NCBI GenBank assembly: GCA_047495785.1
Contig: JBLDXI010000105.1
Span: forward strand, 1 to 64,000
Reading direction: 5' to 3'
Length of the DNA stretch: 64,000 nucleotides
From: Lepidodermella squamata
Lineage: Eukaryota; Animalia; Gastrotricha
Positions within the stretch are counted from its first letter, which is position 1. Each line of letters opens with the position of its first letter. Of the stretch, positions 48,513 through 59,348 are shown piece after piece. The position numbers were made by a program, and so were the translations under genes. The notes beneath the pieces are model-generated. The model worked only from the letters and a program-made list of their open reading frames with translations. It had not been told where the DNA came from and did no database searches.

Positions 48513-50475
48513 ATGTCATGCGAAGTCACTTCAACGCTAGATTCGCCCGAAAAGGCAGAACGAGTACTTGATCCAAAGAACTGTAACGTTTGCGGCCTTG
48601 AAGTGGCGAAACATGGCGCTTATCGAGCCAAAGTCTGCTCTGCATGTCACAAATTCTTCCGACGCAATGTCGAGCATTGGCAGTCGCTGCAATGCTACCA
48701 CAAGCACGGCGCTTTTTCTGGCGAGCGGCAAATCAGCCGTGCCATGCGGCGTAGCATGTGCGCGAAATGCCGTTTTGAGAGGTGCATCCAAGCAGGAATG
48801 AGAAGTAAGTTCGAAATGTATCATTGCTGTCCCAATTTCCCACGCTAAGCATTGAAAAGCGCACTAAGCACCCAGAAAATCATCAACGATGTCCATTCAG
48901 TATTTTAGTATCCAATAATTGTTAGACAAATGCTGAGCATTTCAAAAGTTGAAGCTGATTATAGCCTGAAGTATGCTAGTAGCCTAATGCTTTTAAATGC
49001 TTTTATTTTCATATAAAATATGAAACCAAAAACTAAAATGTACAATTTCCCCATTTTTTCATTATGAAAATAGTCCCAGAGCCTCCTCAAAATGATCAAA
49101 AAACTTCTAACTTCATACCTTGAATTTTGGCTACAAACCGGGTTTTCCACACGAATGATGCGCGAGATTCTTTGCTGCCTCGCTTGAATAATGAACAATA
49201 AAAGAACCCCGATCACAAGTAACTTGTTTCATAATTCAAGAAGCTATCTATAGTTGGCAAGTATTATTTTGCAAATGTGCGCGATAACGGTCAAAAAAGA
49301 AATGCGGCCGCAAGGCACAGCACTCACGGCACCATGCATGATAGTGGAGCTAAAGGACTATGCCACCAGTGGTTTTTTAATATAGTCATCCATAGCTAAG
49401 AAAATCAAGATACTTTCAATTTTGTATACTTTTTAGGTAAATATCTGGTGAGTGATTCTTTGATACTTGCGCCAAAAGTTGACACCGGTTTGAAAACTGA
49501 TGAAATGTCTCTCGTCGAGGAAACTTTGAAGAAGTCGATCGACATTCAGCTGCAGCTTCATGGCCTCGAACATGTGAATTCGTACCCTAAAACTGTTCAA
49601 TGCTTACTCTATGATATTTGTTATATGTTAGCTGCCCTTGAAACGCCAGTACAGCAAAGAGGAACTGCCGAGGATAGACATTATGAAATTGATGTTCGGT
49701 AACATTGCCGAGACCATGAAACTTAGCATCCCTTTCGCGAACCACATAAGAGGTGAGTGATGCAACTAAAATTTGCTACTGGTATAACAGCAGCATATTC
49801 TTGAAGAATCTTTCAGATTAAGCCAGCCCGAAGTTGAGAGACTGATTTTGCGAAACTGGAAACACGTTGTATCCGCATATTCAGCTTTACCTGGCACAGA
49901 CGGATACATGTTAACTAGTCCTCAACTGCTACCAATTTTTCTTGCGGCAAACCCTGAATTTCAGGCGAGTTAAGTCGGAAATCCAAACTACGCCAGTCAA
50001 TTTCGTCGAGTTTTTGGTTTTTGTACATCTCTAATTTTCTTGCATTCTGCAGGCTTTAAGCACTCCTGCAGCAAACACAGCGAATGCTATCAGGTTGTGG
50101 AATCCAACCCTTATCGAGGCTGCTTTGTTTACCTGCCGGCTTTTCTTCCACGGTTTGTTCGGTATTTCTCAGTGAATCAATAGAACTTGGTTTACTTTTG
50201 TTTTCAACCATCAATGTATGGTTTCAGGCTCCTCCGCAACTGACGAGTCGCCGGGCGTGCGGGCAGCGCGGAAATGTGTCGATTCAGCTTTTCATATTGT
50301 TTCTCAAAAGCTCCACGGCTCTGAAACATCGCCGGTTCTTCACCGCGTTTCGGTGGTTGAAAACCTCATCGCTGTAGGGTCAAGCCTTCTTGAAGAGTGC
50401 TTGATCGCTGTGTTGCGCCGAAACGAAAAATCATTCGACCGCAAAGAGCTTCCGCTTGGAATTTCATCGACTTGA
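48513..50475 (+). CDS. Divergent nuclear receptor-like gene NR11, 6 exons, GC-AG intron 4
   Basis: Exons 48513-48804, 49437-49573, 49632-49752, 49807-49964, 50053-50152, 50228-50475. Donor after exon 4 is CAG|GCGAGT. Confidence 0.85.
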
Positions 50476-51302
50476 CTTGACTTAAATTTGTTTTGTGTAG
50501 CTACTAATAATGATGCTGATTCTATGAGTATGTGGCTACGGATAAGCCCTATTTTGTTATCAATTGATTGCGGCTCGAGACTCGAGGTAAAAAACTGAAA
50601 AACTGGAATAAAGGGGCATATCGCGTTCCGTATTAGTGTTTTTTACTTCTCAATTTGAAGAAGTTAGAAATTTGCTGTGAAAGTTTTTCTCTCATTTTTG
50701 CCATTTATGGCTAACGTTGACAGGCTTTGTCAGGATTAGGACCTCTATGTTAAAACTAGCTCCATGACCAGGCCTGACCTGATAGTCTTCCCCTAGCACG
50801 TTAGCACCGCCTGTGCGAATGTCATTCACGGCGGTTATACAAAACTTTCAGACCTAAATTTTGATTAAATGAGGTTTGATTAAATACAGTATTTTTCCAG
50901 TCTCCATTCTGTTGCTAGTAGTTTTAAAGTTCAATTCCTCCGACATGCTTTCCTCCGGTACTCTGCTTGTCGGGGCTTAAAAAAACATGCGAAATATTTT
51001 CAAGCTTAAATGTCTGACAATTATATCGAATTGGTCGTTTTTGCGCCGCTTCGTCGAAAAACCAGAACAAATGCCAGCAGCCGTCCGCTTTCCGAAGTTG
51101 ATCGATCCGCCACATCTGCTGTGCTAATCTAATCCTAATAGGACGAACAGAGCGGATAACTGGCAAACAGTGATTCGACGCAAATTGTTCCAGAGAAAAG
51201 CAAAATGTCGAGGATAAGTGATCAGCTACAATACTTGAACCTGAAAAAGATTGAAATATTTGCTCAGCGATATTCTATTTATTGCTCGTTTCACCTTATC
51301 GA

Positions 51303-54300
51303 ATGTCATTTGAAGAACAAGCAGCAAATGATGGCGCAAAGATAAAGCGGTCTTCAGGGTCAGAAAGGCCCGAAGAGAAGGCTCCCTGCCAAGTTTGTGG
51401 TCTCGCAGTTCGAAAACGTCGCGGATATCAGCCGCGGGTGTGCTCCGCCTGCCGCAAGTTTTTCAGGCGCCATGCTGAAAGTTGGCAATCGCTGAACTGC
51501 AACCACGAGCTAACGCATGCTGATGGACTTCAAGACAGCAGAGCCATGCGACGGTTCATGTGCGCAAAATGCCGATTTGAAAGATGCATTCGGGCTGGCA
51601 TGAGAAGTAAGTGAAATGGGAACCGTGCAGATTACTACTCTCAGCCTTGTATCTCTATCGAATCACATATTCCGAATCAAAACTAATCATTCATTTTGAA
51701 TTTGGTTCGTTACCATCATTTTTGTTCTTCATTTTTGAATTAGAAGACCAAAGATGAGAGGCTCCTTTAACATCAGTGTTAGAAAGATGTATAGATTTCG
51801 GAATTTCAACTTTGAAAATTTGCAGAAAATTCAATTTGATAAATTCTTGATCGCCCTTTTGAGGAATTTGCTTTTCGCTGTTGGCTACGGGGCAGACTTT
51901 TCGGTCTGCTACTTTTTCTATGCCTAGACCTAGACCATACTTTCTGCTAGAAACTAAGACCAACACCAAGACCAAAATCAAAAGTAAGTCTTTCGTTCAA
52001 GACCAAAGACCATAGACCGATAATTTCAATTACGCATGACTTCATTGTTGATTTTTCGCTATTTCTTCTATTTTGAACATTTCTACTGCAAAAGCCAGCA
52101 ACCAGCAATCAATTATTTTAAAAGCTAATTATTGAAACTAAATTTCTTATTTATTGCTGTAATTTCTCTAGTTTCGCGTCTTAGAAAGCATAAACAATTT
52201 TAACTGTACCCACAACACAGGATTAAGGCTTGAGTCCTCAAGAGCGAACGGAGCACAAAGCTGATACCACCTGTTGACAGAACAAACAAATGCCGCTAGG
52301 CTGAGGAGAGTCTTGTGAACTCGGCACCCTAGTCAAATGCTTTCACCGCTGTTGACTTGAAACTCAAAACTTGAAATTTGGGCTCCAGTGACTAGGCAGA
52401 TTAAAATAATTGTTATACTTAATTTGATGCGATTTGTTATTTTTTCGGCTATGCATATGTAAATTAGAAAGCAGTTGGGGCTTTGAGTCACTTATTGATG
52501 CGGCGTTTAGATGAAATCGCCAAGAAGTAGCCAACTCACTGCGCAAGCATTATTTCGAGTATCGAGCTTGGAGAAAACTGTGGTCAAGCCAACCACAGGA
52601 GGACCCAATGGCCAAGGGTCGGGGACGGGCAAGCCAGCCCAGGGTTCGAGCCAGCGAGCAGCGGGACAGCAGTTGAGCAAAAGTCAGCGGAAGAACAGGC
52701 GAAGGCGGGTGCGTAATGCGGCTAAGAAGGCTGCCGAGACTGGTAAGAAGGCACCAGTAGTTGAGCAGGTCGAAGCCGAGGCCGAGTCTGAGTCGGAATT
52801 CGAGGCAGAGTCGTCGATGGATGTGTCGAGGATTAGCAATAGCGGGTCAACGAGCAGTCGCTTGGGTGCCAGTCAGGACGAGCGACGCCAGGATGGTCCC
52901 TTGCGTGCCAGTCAGGGCAAGGGCCGTTCGGGCAGCAAGTTGAACAGTAATTCAAAGGAGCTTTTGAACGATCTGTGGGGTCGCGCGGCAGTCGCAGCGG
53001 CTAGTGTTATTTTTTCGGACAAGTCGGAGAAAGACTTTATCAATCAAGTCAGTATAATTCTGGCTGGAATGGCCGTGATGAAATATCAGGGTCAGAGAGA
53101 TATGACGGAATTTAGCTTCGACTTGGCATTTGTGAAAGCCCAGCTGTATTTTGAAGAATTCCGAAAATGCCAAAAGCAGTAAAACTTGGACTGTGGAACG
53201 GCTACGGAATTGCCAGTAGGCCGTACGAGTTTCAGTTAGCGGTAGATGAGTCAGAGTGCGAGGTGTTCTTCGGGGTAGAGTCGTGGTTCAAGGCAGCCAC
53301 GCAGATAGAGTTGCCTGGTTTCAAGTTGTTCACCTTCAACCAGGTGGTCGACGGAATCGAGGCGGGCAGACGGGGTTTAGCAGCCTGGGTGAAAGAGGGC
53401 CTTGAGGTCGTCCGACAGCGGAACGGCACAGGCGAGAACGTAGAGTGGATGGCGTTAGATGTAGCATGCTCGGGTCAGGAGACGGTGACTTTTGTTACGG
53501 TCTACGTCCCTAACGGCGAGCGGGCCTTCGATGCAACATTCCTACGAGAACTGGCGTTGCACGGGCCGGTGGTGGTTTGTGGTGATTTCAACTGTCACCA
53601 TAGGCGACTGTGGGCAGGAGATAAGCGGGACAACGGGGCAGGTAGAGAAGTGCTCAGGCTTGTAGAGGATGGCTCGTTAGAGCTCATTAGCGCTGGGGTA
53701 CCGACGCACAAGCATGGCGGGCAGCTAGATCTATGGCTAGCTTCGCCGGACTTGGCCGGTCAGTTCGGTGTACCCGATGTGGGCGGGTGCTACGGCAGTG
53801 ACCATAACCTGGTTGCCGTCGATTTCGAACTTAGCGCTAGTCGTTCTCCCTATCCCAAGGTGAGGTTCGACTATAATAAGATGAACGAAGGATTCTATCA
53901 GGCAGTTGTGACAGATAAGCTGCTGAAGATTCCCTTGCCTGCAATAGCGAGTGATGAGGAGGTACGTAGGTTCGATGGCGAAATCAATAAAGCCATGCAG
54001 GAGGCACGTGATAGATCAGTGCCAACGGTGTTAGCAAAACAGCTGAAAAAGTACAGGTCGACACCGCAGATGGCTGCGTTGATCGAGCGTAGACATAAAG
54101 CGTTGCGGCAGTACCGTTCTACGGGAAACCCTGTGTTTCAGGCCAGGGCGGACGCGTTCTATGCTCGTTTCAAAGAGTTAGCAGCCTTAGCTGAAGAGCG
54201 CAAGCACACGCGTAACCTTCAGCGGATGGAAAAGCGTAGAAGGGTAGATTCGGGGGCGTTCTTCCGGGCTTTTCGTGAGATCACAGCGGAGAGTGGGTCG

Positions 54301-57300
54301 GCACCAGGACCAGCGATCCGCACCCTGACCAACGAGGCAGGTGAGCTGGTTGTCGGTGACGCGGCTAGAGCCGAGTTGTTCCGCGATCATTACAAGTCTC
54401 AGTTGAACCCTAAGCCGAAGGTCGAGAATGATCCAGAGATCAAGGCACATCATGCCGAGGTCGAAAGGATTGTTCAAGAGGATCGGGAGTTGTTTAACCC
54501 GATTGAGACCAAGAAGATTGACGTGAAAGTCATGATCTCAAGGGCTGAGATGAGAAGCGCGGTTCGACGTTTGAAGCTCAAGGCTCCAGGCCGTGATGAG
54601 ATTTCGAACGTGCTCATCAAGAAGGGTGGGCCGGTACTTTGGGCGTATCTGCGCCATTTGTACAATTATAGCCTAGCTTGTGGGTTCGTGCCGGAGAGGT
54701 GGAAGTTGGCCGTTATCGTCCCGCTTCCGAGGTCAGGGAAGGACTTGTCGAAACCGTCAGGTTACCGTCCCGTGTCGCTTCTTCCGACAGTTGCGAAGCT
54801 GCTAGAGCTCATTTTGGCTACTAGGCTAGCTCTTCTTTTCAGGTCAAATAATATAATTCCTGATCATCAGTCTGGTTTTCAGATACGCCGATCGACGAGC
54901 GATCAAACTTTCCGATTCTCGCAGGCCAGAGCGATGGCGCGGCGTCGTCGAACGAAGATGGTGATGATCGCGGCCCTGCTGGATTTCGAAGGCGCCTTCA
55001 ACGCGGTGTGTCACAACTCGCTGCGCGTGAAGCTTCGAGACTGCGTCGCTGTTCCAAGATCAATGGTGCGCTGGGTCTCGTCCTTCCTGACCGGCCGGAC
55101 CTTTACGGTCAAGGTGAGTAGCTCCTTCAGTGAGACAGCAGATATCGGCTCAGGGGTTCCGCAAGGATCCTCATTGAGCCCTATACTCTTTGCCTTTTTC
55201 ACAGCGGACTTGATGCCGGACAACAACAGCGACGAGCGCAAGGCCTTCACCGCTTCGTTCGCTGACGACGTGCTCTTGTTCGCTGTGGCTTGCTACACTG
55301 GGATGGCGAAGCAGCGGGTGCAGACGGCGCTGACGCGGGTCTCTCGATGGAGCAGACTCTGGAAGTTGCCGCTTAGTCCGCCGAAGTGCCAAATGCTGCG
55401 GTTTGGCGGACAAGTCAACGACGACGACCGGCTGTTTGTGGGTGACGAGAAGCTGCCGAAGGTCGCTGCGGCGAAGTACCTTGGTGTCACGTTTGACGCG
55501 ATCGGGTCGTGGAAGCCGCATTTCGACAACATCGAGGCGGATGCGCGATCTCGACTCGGGGCTCTTCGCCGGGTCTGCTTTCCGGGTTCGCCGCTTGGCT
55601 TTGCCTCGCGGAAGTTGCTGTATCTGACGATCGTGAGACCGGTTCTTGAGTACTCCTGTGTGGCCTGGTTGGATGCGTCGTATGCGCAGAAAAAGCGCTT
55701 GATCGTGCTGCAGAACAACTGTTTGCGGGCGATCATCGGCTCGTCTATTCTGGACAAGCAGGACGAATCTGAGCTCTACCGCCTAACGGGAGTGGAGCCG
55801 CTGGAACGCCGCTGGCTGAAACTAGCAGTCGGCTTTGCTGATCGGGCTATGCAGTTCGTGCCACCAGTCGCCGCCATGATCGCCGACCATCGTCGAGAGT
55901 GGGGCGTGGCTGGTACCCCGCTCGGACAGTTCATCAATTTTGTGGGCCGTTAGGCCTTGTCTATCTATGTATTTATATGAGCATCAGTCAGTTTAATACA
56001 GAAAATAAAACAACAAAAACCCATACACAATACACATATATACACAAAATAAAATAAAAAACAAAACCACATTAGCCCTGTGCCACGACTGTAAATGAGT
56101 GTGTGCGTTGTCATATATATTTCTTGTTTTTTATAAAAAGATGAAACGCATAACATATGCTGTAATTGTTAAGATTTGCTGCATTTGATATCATTGCTAC
56201 TACTGTCGGTCAGAAGTTGTTAAACAAGAGACCGTTTTTCCAATAAAACAAGACCGTTGGAAGAAAAAAAAAATCGAGCTTGGAGCTTGAGGCTAAATAA
56301 TAGCCCATCAGCCAATTAAACGATAAAAGAAAAGGAAAAGAAAACTATCTTCCTGATGCTGACAGAAAATGTCGCGAGGTAAAACTGGGAATACTGAATT
56401 TAGATCTGAATGCTGAGCCTTTGAAACTTTTCAAATTTAATGTTTTCAGTGATATAAAAGTGAGGAAGAATTTTAGGGACATTCATGAGAGTACAAGAGC
56501 TACAAACCTAAATTTTTCCATCTTCAGGCAAATTTCTAGCAGATGAAAACCCTGATTCAGCGATAATTCCGATCGGCCAGTTCCCAAGCGATCGCAACAC
56601 TTCAGCGATCGAGACGACATTGAAGCAAGCGATTGACGCGCAGCTGCAACTTCACGGTCTAGAACACGTATGTCTTGATAATTGGTTGCAGGTGCCTTAA
56701 TGAGCTAATATACATATGCTATAGCTACCGATGAAATGCACCGATAGGTTAAGCGATTATCGAATTGATGAATTTCTTAAGAAACTAATGATTGGCAACG
56801 TTGTGGGCATCATGAATCTCGGTGGCTTGTTTGCGATTCACGTCAAGGGTGAGTGAGCTGCCAAAGAAAAAGAAACTGAACGATAAAAATCCACTCTCTT
56901 TATTTTTTATAAGAATCCTTCAACTTGTGCGAAATGGAGGTCCAGCATCTAATATCTCGTAACTGGAAGGGCATTACTGTCGCCTACTCGGCGCAGCCGG
57001 GCACAGGCGGCAGCTTGCTAGCTAATGCCTGCATTTTGCCGAGTTTACTGGAGCATAGCCCAGAGCTTCTGGTACGCTTTCATGTTTCATGTTCGAATTT
57101 TGATATTACGTGAATTATCAAACCATTCCTGTTAAAACATAGGCAGAGTTCTCATTTCTTAATTTTGCGTTTTTCAGCCTGCAAACGCATCAGAAATCCA
57201 TGTATCTAACGCTGTGAGCCAATGGAATCCATCGTTTATCGAAACGGCGTTGTTCACGTGTCGTTTGTTTTTCCAAGGTAGGCATTCATTGGCTAGTGCT

Positions 57301-57617
57301 CTATAATCGATCGAGATCTCACACGCTGTTAACCAATAGGGTGTAATGAATTCAATTCATCATCTCCCGGTTTGCTATCAGCTCAATCAAATATCGAAAG
57401 GGCCTTCACTGCTATACGTTGGAAGATGCGAGGTTGTGAATCGCCGCGCGTGTTGCAGCAAGTGTCGATCGTAGAGCATCTGATCGGCATCGCTACTCGT
57501 ATCAACGATGAGTGCGGGGCTGCGATTGTGAGGCGGCAAGCAGCGAATTGCACCAGTGAAGAAATAACCCTTGGCGCTAAGTTTATTCTCGGAATCACTG
57601 CTGTTTGTCAAAGCTAA
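51303..57617 (+). CDS. Divergent nuclear receptor-like gene NR12, 6 exons, LINE in intron 1
   Basis: Exons 51303-51606, 56528-56667, 56725-56848, 56914-57071, 57178-57277, 57340-57617; in frame; P-box CSACRK. Confidence 0.85.
51920..52020. repeat. AGACC-motif cluster, probably a MITE remnant
   Basis: Repeated TAGACC/AAGACCAA units in intron 1 of NR12. Confidence 0.45.
52574..53182 (+). CDS. LINE-B ORF1 (partial): basic and acidic low-complexity protein without zinc knuckles
   Basis: Frame open from the element edge. KSQRKNRRRRVR and EAESESEFEAE tracts. Overlaps ORF2 by 16 nt. The ATG at 52511 in the ORF track lies outside the TSD. Confidence 0.7.
   Translation, partial: KTVVKPTTGGPNGQGSGTGKPAQGSSQRAAGQQLSKSQRKNRRRRVRNAAKKAAETGKKAPVVEQVEAEAESESEFEAESSMDVSRISNSGSTSSRLGASQDERRQDGPLRASQGKGRSGSKLNSNSKELLNDLWGRAAVAAASVIFSDKSEKDFINQVSIILAGMAVMKYQGQRDMTEFSFDLAFVKAQLYFEEFRKCQKQ
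53167..55953 (+). CDS. LINE-B ORF2: AP endonuclease and reverse transcriptase, 928 aa
   Basis: Motifs GDFN, SDH, KAPGRD, YRPVSLL, QSGF, LDFEGAFN, GVPQGSSLSP, FADD, KYLG. Confidence 0.97.
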   Translation: MPKAVKLGLWNGYGIASRPYEFQLAVDESECEVFFGVESWFKAATQIELPGFKLFTFNQVVDGIEAGRRGLAAWVKEGLEVVRQRNGTGENVEWMALDVACSGQETVTFVTVYVPNGERAFDATFLRELALHGPVVVCGDFNCHHRRLWAGDKRDNGAGREVLRLVEDGSLELISAGVPTHKHGGQLDLWLASPDLAGQFGVPDVGGCYGSDHNLVAVDFELSASRSPYPKVRFDYNKMNEGFYQAVVTDKLLKIPLPAIASDEEVRRFDGEINKAMQEARDRSVPTVLAKQLKKYRSTPQMAALIERRHKALRQYRSTGNPVFQARADAFYARFKELAALAEERKHTRNLQRMEKRRRVDSGAFFRAFREITAESGSAPGPAIRTLTNEAGELVVGDAARAELFRDHYKSQLNPKPKVENDPEIKAHHAEVERIVQEDRELFNPIETKKIDVKVMISRAEMRSAVRRLKLKAPGRDEISNVLIKKGGPVLWAYLRHLYNYSLACGFVPERWKLAVIVPLPRSGKDLSKPSGYRPVSLLPTVAKLLELILATRLALLFRSNNIIPDHQSGFQIRRSTSDQTFRFSQARAMARRRRTKMVMIAALLDFEGAFNAVCHNSLRVKLRDCVAVPRSMVRWVSSFLTGRTFTVKVSSSFSETADIGSGVPQGSSLSPILFAFFTADLMPDNNSDERKAFTASFADDVLLFAVACYTGMAKQRVQTALTRVSRWSRLWKLPLSPPKCQMLRFGGQVNDDDRLFVGDEKLPKVAAAKYLGVTFDAIGSWKPHFDNIEADARSRLGALRRVCFPGSPLGFASRKLLYLTIVRPVLEYSCVAWLDASYAQKKRLIVLQNNCLRAIIGSSILDKQDESELYRLTGVEPLERRWLKLAVGFADRAMQFVPPVAAMIADHRREWGVAGTPLGQFINFVGR

Positions 57618-57671
57618 ACGGGAAAAATAAAGGAGAACGAGACGCGGTGTGAGAATTATAGATTATAGATA

Positions 57672-58120
57672 CCGTATTTAGTCGTATAAAGGCCGCATTC
57701 GATTAATCGCCGCAAAAAAGTGAATTTTCAAGAAAACACGCGCAATAAAGGCCGCACTCGAATAATCGCCGCGCGAGTAACAACACCCTTGTCTCTAGCT
57801 CTCCTACCGTGACGCCGAAGGCACCCAAGTACCTCGAGACGCCCAGGCGACATGTTATATATCAGAATTTGTTGTGAGCGCATGAAAGTGAAGGTTTAAT
57901 CCGAGATAAGCACCTCTCGAACAGCTACCTCCCGGTCACTCTATCTGTGTCAACATAGGTCGACACACCCAGCGGTCACGAAACAATGTAAGAACGGGTA
58001 AATGGCAGAAATACACGCCGCACTCAAATAAACGCCGCATTCGAATAATCGCCGCATTTTTACCCCGTTTCCGAAAAACAGGAAAATTAGTAGCCGCGGC
58101 CTTTATACGACTAAATACGG
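57672..58120. mobile_element. Tc1/pogo-type MITE related to the element at 14-478
   Basis: Perfect 25-bp TIR CCGTATTTAGTCGTATAAAGGCCGC with TA flanks. Shares GAATAATCGCCGC repeats with the first element in opposite orientation. Confidence 0.9.
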
Positions 58121-59348
58121 TATAATGCCAGAATCCTCCGCCCTCGGCCCGTAAGACCGGACAAGAGACGAGGAAATGGAAATTTACTCACTGATCGCAA
58201 GACATTTTTCTTCATTTCAAGCACCTATGTGTTAGGTGGACAAAGCGCATCTGGCTGTTTTTCTTAAAACCCATGAGATGAATTAGGGTGTCGTACACCC
58301 CAGTTCGGCAGGCCGGAGTAGAAAATCCCCGAGAAAACCCTTTGGTCACAAAATTAGGGCCCAAAAATAAAAAAGTTCGAGGATCCTACTCGCGCACTTG
58401 ATGCTGGCGAAAAGTTGATCGAAAAGTTTGCTATGTAAGTCGGCGAAAGTGGTTGAATAGGTCCGTAATTCTCTTGAAAATTAAAGGTCCAGCAGTAGCA
58501 ACAAATGTCAGTATAATCGGTTGCGAAGTTAAGCCTAGCCGCCTCGTGCAATTTTTGTTTTTCAAACTCCAATTCCCGTCGCTATGCATTTTTCAACAGG
58601 AAATGTCGTTCAATCTTCAATCAGAGAAGATATAGAGTAGGCGAGTAGATTTTGCCTTTTATCGATGGAGAAATCATTTGGGAAACCAGAGATCCTTGCA
58701 CTCATCAGGGCTACAATCCTAAATCCTGAATCCTGACAATAAGGCGGATTTCAACCTACTATAGCTACCAGCATAGCCCTAAACAGAAACTGTGGGTCGA
58801 GAAACCTCGGAAAATTAAGAAGGAACATGTTCACTCCATTTTCAATCTTTTATTTATCCCTTTTCTGCGTGAAATTTAAAAAAACCCACAATTTTTCAGG
58901 TCAATCAGGTGAGATGTCGCATGTTGTCCTTGGCGAGGACAAAATTACTACGTGTCTCTGAACGGACAAGAGCAAAAAACACAGCTAACTGTCTAGCGAA
59001 GATTCAATAATAGCTGCTAAAAGCAGGCGTTCCTGAAAGTGCATGTCGGATTCAATACACTACTGAATTATATATTATGTCCCCAAGTACTTGTACTGTG
59101 TGCGCAGGAGACAACTTATAAAATTTGAAGCACATGTAAAAGGAATCCAAGCGCTGCGTGGTTTGATTTGCATCAGCCAATTTTGCCAGCACAACAACTT
59201 TGAATCATTAGCGAGGAAAATAAGTAGGACATTGATTCTGTCTTTTCAATTGTGTCAAAGTTCATGTGTCCAGCCGCGCAATTTTCGGCAAAAAGCCGGG
59301 AAAACTAAATAAAATAGTTGTCAGAGTTATAGAAATCGATATCGAAAA

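Larger units (their letters stand above)
52574..56272 (+). mobile_element. LINE-B non-LTR retrotransposon, probably 5'-truncated, recent insertion
   Basis: Exact 13-bp TSD ATCGAGCTTGGAG (52561-52573, 56273-56285), AATAAA at 56242, short poly(A) tail, open ORF2. Confidence 0.95.

Noticed and set aside
52511-52573. ATG start of the 223-aa ORF as the LINE ORF1 start
   Set aside because: It lies outside the TSD-defined element in host intron sequence; the fusion is probably chance.
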